Assembly (NCBI GenBank): GCA_946498975.1
Contig: CAMMQC010000004.1
Location: 1,950 to 65,949 of the forward strand
DNA length: 64,000 bases
Source: an uncultured Mycoplasmatota bacterium
GTDB lineage: Bacteria; Bacillota_I; Bacilli_A; RF39; UBA660
Direction: 5' to 3'
In this document: piece by piece, positions 59,039 to 64,000 of the stretch
How the letters are laid out: each line of letters begins with the position of its first letter
Position numbering within the stretch: the stretch's first letter is position 1
Notes under the pieces: generated by a model
Databases searched by the model: none
Seen by the model: the letters and a program-made list of their open reading frames with translations, nothing else
Told to the model about the DNA's origin: nothing
Position numbers and translations under genes: made by a program

Positions 59039-59677
59039 CTAATAACATGTTATTCTTATAATAATAGTTATCATTGTAACTAGAAGGTATAATGTAGATA
59101 TCATAAATATAAGATAACTTATAGCATGATGTTTTAATAATTTATTTTTAATAGTAGTTATTACAAACTTAAGCATGGCAAAGACTATAAGTATTATTAT
59201 GGGGATTAATAATAAAGATAGGTAAATCCTATGTCCATTGTTTGCCAGTGCCACTGGTAGGAAAAAGGGGAAACAAATACTAACACCTGCAAAAATACTA
59301 AAATATAAGTTTAATATTAATGATAGCGATGAGAAGTTTTTATAATAAATGAATAATGTTAATGGTATAAATATTATTAACCATAAAGGATAATTAGTTA
59401 TAACTTTGAAAAGGAAAGGATAATCTTCAATATAAGTAAAGTAATAGTAACTTAGGGCGTATGCTAGTAATATTATGATAATGCTTATAACTAAAAGGAG
59501 AATTTCTTTCTTAAAGCTAAACTTCTTATTTCTTACATCATCTTTAAAACTTTCATAAGAACTTTTCTTTAAATCTACTTCTTTTATATCTTTATATATT
59601 TCTTTATTAATAGTTCCACAATATGGACAACTAAATAAGTTATCTTTATATTCATTTTTACAATTAGTGCATTTCAT
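59039..59677 (-). CDS. Zinc-ribbon membrane protein
   Basis: 212 aa. It has an N-terminal 'CTNCKNEY...CPYCG' motif, then about 5 hydrophobic segments. Confidence 0.5.
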   Translation of the reverse strand: MKCTNCKNEYKDNLFSCPYCGTINKEIYKDIKEVDLKKSSYESFKDDVRNKKFSFKKEILLLVISIIIILLAYALSYYYFTYIEDYPFLFKVITNYPLWLIIFIPLTLFIYYKNFSSLSLILNLYFSIFAGVSICFPFFLPVALANNGHRIYLSLLLIPIIILIVFAMLKFVITTIKNKLLKHHAISYLIFMISTLYLLVTMITIIIRITCY

Positions 59678-59682
59678 AATTC

Positions 59683-60477
59683 TTAATCAATAAAAACAGC
59701 TCCTGCTATAAATCTACCATTTTTATTAAGTTCTCCTTTCTTATAAGCAACATGGGAATAGAAATCATTATCTGTTCTTGTATCTTTATCAGAGATTATC
59801 ATATTTTCTTTTTGTAGACCTTTTGATAATAACTGATTTACAATAGCATTTCTTAAGTCGATATAATATAAGTTTCCTTCTTTTTCAATTGCATTTTTAC
59901 AAGTATCTTTATTTGATGCAACTGGCGGATATTTATCATAAACATAACTTTCTTTTGAAATGCATGGGGTAATATATGCTTTTATATTTTGTGGTTTAAC
60001 ATTACTTTCCTTTATTAGGGCATCTACCATTTGTTGAGGCAATAGTCTATTTATATATTCACCTCCACAATGAGCGATAGCTAACATCCATTTTTCTTCT
60101 GTTATTTTTGCTAATAAAATTAACATTGGACAATCTGCTACTTTATCTACTACTAAAACATTTTTTATATCGCTATCCATAATTATGAAATCATCATGAA
60201 AATATTTCTCACCTTTTAAATATTTGCTAACATTTTCTTTTGTTAATATTTCATAAGTTCCATCTTGATAATTAAACGTTTCATCTTGTTCTTCATAAAT
60301 TGTTTTTTGAATCGGTATTAATATATTGACGTTATCTAGATTATACTTTTGTAAAAAGTTCTTCTTATTTAATTCAAACCTATTTTTTCTTTCTTTTTCT
60401 GTTAAATTAGGATAAAATATTTCATCATCCGACATGATACCATCTTCTCTTTTTGAATAAATAATTTTAAGTTCCAT
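59683..60477 (-). CDS. YfiH/PgeF-family (DUF152, polyphenol-oxidase-like) protein
   Basis: 264 aa. 'VADCPMLILL' and 'AIAHCGGEYI...ITPCISKESY' line up with the DC.P / H.GW.G / GP.I motifs of the family. Confidence 0.6.
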   Translation of the reverse strand: MELKIIYSKREDGIMSDDEIFYPNLTEKERKNRFELNKKNFLQKYNLDNVNILIPIQKTIYEEQDETFNYQDGTYEILTKENVSKYLKGEKYFHDDFIIMDSDIKNVLVVDKVADCPMLILLAKITEEKWMLAIAHCGGEYINRLLPQQMVDALIKESNVKPQNIKAYITPCISKESYVYDKYPPVASNKDTCKNAIEKEGNLYYIDLRNAIVNQLLSKGLQKENMIISDKDTRTDNDFYSHVAYKKGELNKNGRFIAGAVFID

Positions 60478-60514
60478 AATTTTCTCCTTTGTTTAAGTAT
60501 AGCAAGTTTTATTT

Positions 60515-60541
60515 AAAAGAAAAAGAGGTTTGCTTCCTCTT
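60515..60541 (-). terminator. Intrinsic terminator after the 233-aa paralog
   Basis: The minus strand reads AAGAGG-aagcaaa-CCTCTT followed by TTTCTTTT. Confidence 0.65.
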
Positions 60542-61243
60542 CTACTGATTATTACTTGTATTGTTTATTATTGGTCCTAAGTCATAAAGTGTTCCATCTT
60601 TAGTTTGAGCTAATACAGTAACACTACTACTTGTTCCAGATGCTACATTGGCTGTGTAAAATTTAACAATATCTTTTATAATTGATATAGTTTGATATGT
60701 TGTAAGCCCTTCTACTCCATTAGTTGTCAACGATTGATATACAGGAATATAAGCAATTGTTCCATCTTCCATTAAGAATAAGATGGCATCACCTGTTGCA
60801 TCTTGTCCGATACTACTAAATAAAACATCATTTACTTTGCCATTGAAAGTTATTGTTTGACTTTCCAAAACACCTTCCTCTACACCAGTTAGGTCCCAAT
60901 TTAAAAGGTATGTATCAGATAGTGTTTTTCTATTATAGCTTAATGTAGCAACTTTTCCTGTTTCATCAATACTAACATCAATAGTTCCACTATAGTCTGC
61001 TATAGTATATGAGTTTTCTCCTCCATTACTTATATTACTGTTATCAAACTCTAAGGAATAACTTGAACTTTCACTTTCTGTATTATTTCCTGATTCTTCA
61101 GCTTTAATTCTTTCTTCACTATGCACTTTCCAATTAGCACTATATACACCAATATATGCAATTATGCATATGAATAAAGCTAGTAATAATCCTATACTGA
61201 TATTAAGACCAACATTGCATTTTTTCTTCTCCTTTTTTGCCAT
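60542..61243 (-). CDS. Membrane-anchored extracytoplasmic protein, paralog A
   Basis: The start is set at the ATG (MAKKEKKK) behind AGAGGAGG. The track ORF extends to 61300. It has one N-terminal TM segment. It shares 'ILFLMEDGTIAY.P' and 'VLAQTKDGTLYDLGPI' with the neighbouring gene. Confidence 0.55.
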   Translation of the reverse strand: MAKKEKKKCNVGLNISIGLLLALFICIIAYIGVYSANWKVHSEERIKAEESGNNTESESSSYSLEFDNSNISNGGENSYTIADYSGTIDVSIDETGKVATLSYNRKTLSDTYLLNWDLTGVEEGVLESQTITFNGKVNDVLFSSIGQDATGDAILFLMEDGTIAYIPVYQSLTTNGVEGLTTYQTISIIKDIVKFYTANVASGTSSSVTVLAQTKDGTLYDLGPIINNTSNNQ

Positions 61244-61354
61244 TTCTATACCTCCTCTATTATTAAGTTTATCACAAACGAAAAGAAAAAAAAACGGCAA
61301 AATAAGTTATAGGTGTAAACTTTATGATTAAATTTACGAAAAATTCAAAAAAAT

Positions 61355-61379
61355 AAAAAGAAGCTAATTACTTAACTTC
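61355..61379 (-). repeat. Second copy of the rplL 3'-end/terminator hairpin
   Basis: 25 nt, AAAAAGAAGCTAATTACTTAACTTC, identical to 62141-62165. On the minus strand this is the hairpin GAAGTTAAG-..-TTAGCTTC followed by a T-run. Confidence 0.8.
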
Positions 61380-61384
61380 GCTTA

Positions 61385-62086
61385 TTAATAATTATAATTT
61401 CCTGTAGCACTTACTATTGGTTGTAAATCATATATTGTACCATCAGACTTTTGAGCTAGTACAGTTGATCCTGTTTCTTCTTTATTTGAATCATAAAATA
61501 TAACTATATCCGTTAATTCTGGCAAGGCTCCGTATGACTTCAAATTATCTGGATTATATTGTAAGTTATTTCTAATAGGTAAATATTCTACAGTTCCATC
61601 TTCCATTAAAAACAAAATAGTATCATTACTAAAATCTGTACCAAATCCTCCAATATAAATATCTTTAAGTTGTTTAGAAAAGTGTATTTCTTTAGTTGTA
61701 TTAAAGTAGTCATCATCATATCCTTCTGGTAAGTACATATCAAAGCCACCAGTAATATTAGAATAAAATCTAATTGTTACTATAGTCTTTGATTCATCTA
61801 AACTAGCAACTATACCATCAAATTCTCTTGATAATTTATAATTGTTTGAATCTTTATTAGTTATTTTTGACTCTTCAAATCCTAAGTTATTAATAAAATC
61901 TTCATGGTTTGTATTATTATCATCTTTAGTAGCTTCTTTTTCTGTAATATCATTATTATCTTCTTGTGTCCCGAATGTTAAATAACCTAGACTATATGTT
62001 GCAAATACTACTCCTCCACAAATTATTATTCCTAATAATATGCCTACAAAAACATGTAACCCCGTTTTACTCTTCTTATTTTCCAT
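61385..62086 (-). CDS. Membrane-anchored extracytoplasmic protein, paralog B
   Basis: The start is set at the ATG (MENKKSK) behind AGGAAGGTGA. It has one N-terminal TM segment. 'ILFLMEDGTVEYLP' and 'VLAQKSDGTIYDLQPI' match paralog A. Confidence 0.55.
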   Translation of the reverse strand: MENKKSKTGLHVFVGILLGIIICGGVVFATYSLGYLTFGTQEDNNDITEKEATKDDNNTNHEDFINNLGFEESKITNKDSNNYKLSREFDGIVASLDESKTIVTIRFYSNITGGFDMYLPEGYDDDYFNTTKEIHFSKQLKDIYIGGFGTDFSNDTILFLMEDGTVEYLPIRNNLQYNPDNLKSYGALPELTDIVIFYDSNKEETGSTVLAQKSDGTIYDLQPIVSATGNYNY

Positions 62087-62140
62087 TACTTTCACCTTCC
62101 TTATGATAAGTTTAACACAAAAGTAGATAAAATTACATAA

Positions 62141-62165
62141 AAAAAGAAGCTAATTACTTAACTTC
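62141..62165 (-). terminator. rplL intrinsic terminator (overlaps the last codons)
   Basis: The minus strand reads GAAGTTAA-gtaa-TTAGCTTC (8 bp including one G-U pair) followed by TTTTTTT. The stem includes the codons E-V-K-stop. Confidence 0.7.
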
Positions 62166-62528
62166 AACAGTAGCACCAGCTTCTTCTAATTTAGCTTTGA
62201 TTTCATTAGCTTCTTCAACAGAAATGTTTTCTTTAATTGGTGAACCAGCATTATCAACTAAATCTTTAGATTCTTTTAATCCTAGTCCTGTAATTTCACG
62301 AACTACTTTGATTACTGCAACTTTAGTAGCTCCTGCATCAGTGATTGATACTGTAACTGTAGATGGAGCAGCATCTTCTGTAGCACCAGCAGCTCCTGGA
62401 GCAGCAACTGCAACAGCTGATGGATCTACACCAAACTCTTCTTTCATTGCGTCTACTAATTCTTTAATTTCTAAAAGATTCATTTCTTTTAATGAGCTAA
62501 TAAATTCTTCTTTTGTTAATTTAGCCAT
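62154..62528 (-). CDS. rplL: 50S ribosomal protein L7/L12
   Basis: 124 aa with '[17 protein letters not shown]', an Ala-rich hinge and '[21 protein letters not shown]'. Confidence 0.98.
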   Translation of the reverse strand: MAKLTKEEFISSLKEMNLLEIKELVDAMKEEFGVDPSAVAVAAPGAAGATEDAAPSTVTVSITDAGATKVAVIKVVREITGLGLKESKDLVDNAGSPIKENISVEEANEIKAKLEEAGATVEVK

Positions 62529-62549
62529 GTTTATTTTCCTCCTCTAATA

Positions 62550-63044
62550 TTAATTTTCTTCTTTTTGTTCACTATATAAATTTAAGCAGATAGATAGGTC
62601 GCGAACAAGTCCTATCATACCACCTGCAAGCATAGTAAGTAAGCCATCTCTTGATGGAATCTTTGCATATTCACTAAGTTTAGCTTGATCTGCAACTTCT
62701 CCATCAACATAACCAATCTTTAATGTTAAATTCTCATGATCTTTAGCAAAATCTGATAATACTTTGATTGGAGCTATTTGGTCAGTACTATAAGCAAATG
62801 CACTTGGTCCTTCTAAAGCTTCTTTAACATCAATGTTTAAATCATTGAATGCTCTAGCCATTAAAGTATTTTTATATACTTTATAAGTAGCACCTGCATC
62901 TCTTAGGGCACGTCTTAGCTCTTTAATCTCAGCATCTGTTAGACCACGATAATCAAATAATACGAAAGTCGCACTATTATTAACATTATCTTTGATTTCA
63001 TCAATAACTTCTTGCTTCTTTGCTAAGATTTTTTGATTAGCCAT
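62550..63044 (-). CDS. rplJ: 50S ribosomal protein L10
   Basis: 164 aa with 'FVLFDYRGLTDAEIKELRRALR' and 'YKVYKNTL'. Confidence 0.97.
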   Translation of the reverse strand: MANQKILAKKQEVIDEIKDNVNNSATFVLFDYRGLTDAEIKELRRALRDAGATYKVYKNTLMARAFNDLNIDVKEALEGPSAFAYSTDQIAPIKVLSDFAKDHENLTLKIGYVDGEVADQAKLSEYAKIPSRDGLLTMLAGGMIGLVRDLSICLNLYSEQKEEN

Positions 63045-63192
63045 TTTTCCCTCCTATTTTTAGTCAGTTTAAATAGTCCCTAGAAAGTTAAAAGTTCTCG
63101 AGATTTTCCCCAAGAACTTTTATTTATAGTAATTAGTCCTCGGTAGGATTTACGTTTTTACCTACTGTCTTGGGTACTTGTTAACTGATTTC
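63045..63192 (-). promoter_or_regulatory. L10 (rplJ) leader with an attenuator-like hairpin
   Basis: On the minus strand there is GTAGG-N13-CCTAC, then AGTTCT-N14-AGAACT (63118..63093) followed by TTTTAACTTT. Its position and architecture fit the Firmicute L10-leader attenuator. Confidence 0.55.
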
Positions 63193-63198
63193 TTTCTT

Positions 63199-63227
63199 AT
63201 TATATTCTATAATCTTCTATTTGTCAA
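63199..63227 (-). promoter_or_regulatory. rplJL promoter
   Basis: On the minus strand: perfect TTGACA (63227..63222, inside the last rplA codons), a 17-nt spacer, then perfect TATAAT (63204..63199). Confidence 0.7.
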
Positions 63228-63915
63228 AAGAATTAATTTGAATCTTAATTCCAGGACCCATAGTAGATGAAATAGATATATTTTTAATATAGTCTCCTTT
63301 TACTGTAGCAGGTTTAATTTTGATGATTTGGCTAACTACAGCATTTAGGTTTGCTAATAGGTCTTCTTCAGTAAATGATACTTTACCAATGATAGTATGG
63401 ATATTACCAAAACTATCTGTACGGTATTCAACACGTCCTGCTTTTGCATCAGATACAGCTTTAGCAACATCTGTTGTTACAGTTCCTGTTTTAGGGTTAG
63501 GCATTAATCCTTTTGGTCCAAGGATACGTCCTAACTTACCAAGTAAAGGCATCATATCTGGAGTTGCAATCATAGTATCAAATTCAAACCAATTTTCATT
63601 AGCAATTTTATCTAAATAATCTTGATCTCCAACATAGTCTGCTCCAGCTTCTGTAGCTTTTTTAGCATTATCACCTTTAGCAATTACTAAAACACGATTT
63701 GTTTTACCTGTTCCTTTTGGTAGAACAATAGCACCTCTTAGTTGTTGATCAGCTTTTTTAGTATCAAGATTTAAGTTCATTGCAACTTCTACTGAAGAAT
63801 CAAACTTAGTAATACTAGTTTCTTTAACTAATTTTACTGCTTCTTCTTTAGTATATAGTTTGTTCTTTTCTACTTTAGTAGCAGCTTCACTATATTTTCT
63901 ACTTCTTCTTTTCAT
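63217..63915 (-). CDS. rplA: 50S ribosomal protein L1
   Basis: 232 aa with '[14 protein letters not shown]', '[13 protein letters not shown]' and '[15 protein letters not shown]'. Confidence 0.98.
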   Translation of the reverse strand: MKRRSRKYSEAATKVEKNKLYTKEEAVKLVKETSITKFDSSVEVAMNLNLDTKKADQQLRGAIVLPKGTGKTNRVLVIAKGDNAKKATEAGADYVGDQDYLDKIANENWFEFDTMIATPDMMPLLGKLGRILGPKGLMPNPKTGTVTTDVAKAVSDAKAGRVEYRTDSFGNIHTIIGKVSFTEEDLLANLNAVVSQIIKIKPATVKGDYIKNISISSTMGPGIKIQINSFDK

Positions 63916-64000
63916 TATTTTTCCTCCTTATGTGGTTATTCGGGTAAGCAATTAGTGTTACATCCTCCCACATAGGTATAACCTATATGTTTAGTTTTTA

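Noticed and set aside
1-64000. A search for CRISPR arrays, tRNA or rRNA genes, IS elements, integrases and prophage modules.
   Set aside because: I saw no regularly spaced direct repeats, no cloverleaf-like G+C-rich islands other than the leaders described, and no transposase or integrase-like translations in the ORF set.
63916-64000. A hairpin (ATAGGT-tat-ACCTAT) and a GGGAGG-rich segment upstream of rplA, as a possible L1-binding leader.
   Set aside because: The window ends before the upstream gene (presumably rplK) can be seen. The element therefore cannot be placed relative to a transcript or evaluated.

Overview
This is a very AT-rich window (roughly 25-30% G+C by eye) that uses the standard code: TGA is a stop, for example at 2616-2618. 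It looks like chromosomal core from a low-GC, spore-forming Firmicute. About 80% of the genes are on the minus strand. The conserved backbone has three parts. (a) The complete S10-spc-alpha ribosomal cluster (rpsJ to rplQ, 16.4-30.5 kb), which includes secY-adk-map-infA-rpmJ and has no rpmD. (b) rplA-rplJ-rplL, a YbxB-like methyltransferase, and rpoB-rpoC (50-64 kb). (c) The glycolytic genes gap, pgk, tpiA and gpmI (40-49 kb), interleaved with spo0A and several other non-glycolytic genes. The first 8 kb carries four FemAB-family paralogs, a YtgP/MurJ-type flippase, an HD-domain protein and an EEP-family protein. leuS (8.8-11.2 kb) is the last gene of a tight four-gene unit that sits behind a clearly recognisable Leu T-box leader. 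The other three genes in that unit are a small membrane protein, a nucleotidyltransferase-fold protein and a PLP-decarboxylase-like protein. Accessory-looking inserts are: a TPR gene plus two unknown genes (14.3-16.3 kb); a DUF1835-like gene, a Fic-like gene with a degenerate motif, a PHP gene and a Y-family polymerase (30.8-34.6 kb); an ankyrin-repeat gene with a 1046-aa orphan and a gene frameshifted at an A8 run (34.8-40 kb); and a six-gene insert between rplL and the methyltransferase (58-62 kb) that includes two tandem paralogs flanked by a duplicated rplL terminator. The non-coding signals I can support are: a T-box; S10 and L10 leaders; several consensus sigma-A promoters and intrinsic terminators; two candidate small structured RNAs; and a recurring 23-nt inverted pair of DnaA-box-like 9-mers (TTATCCACA-N5-TGTGGAAAA) at four operon boundaries. 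I saw no rRNA, tRNA, CRISPR array, transposase or integrase. All calls come from reading the translations and motifs by eye. No database search was run.
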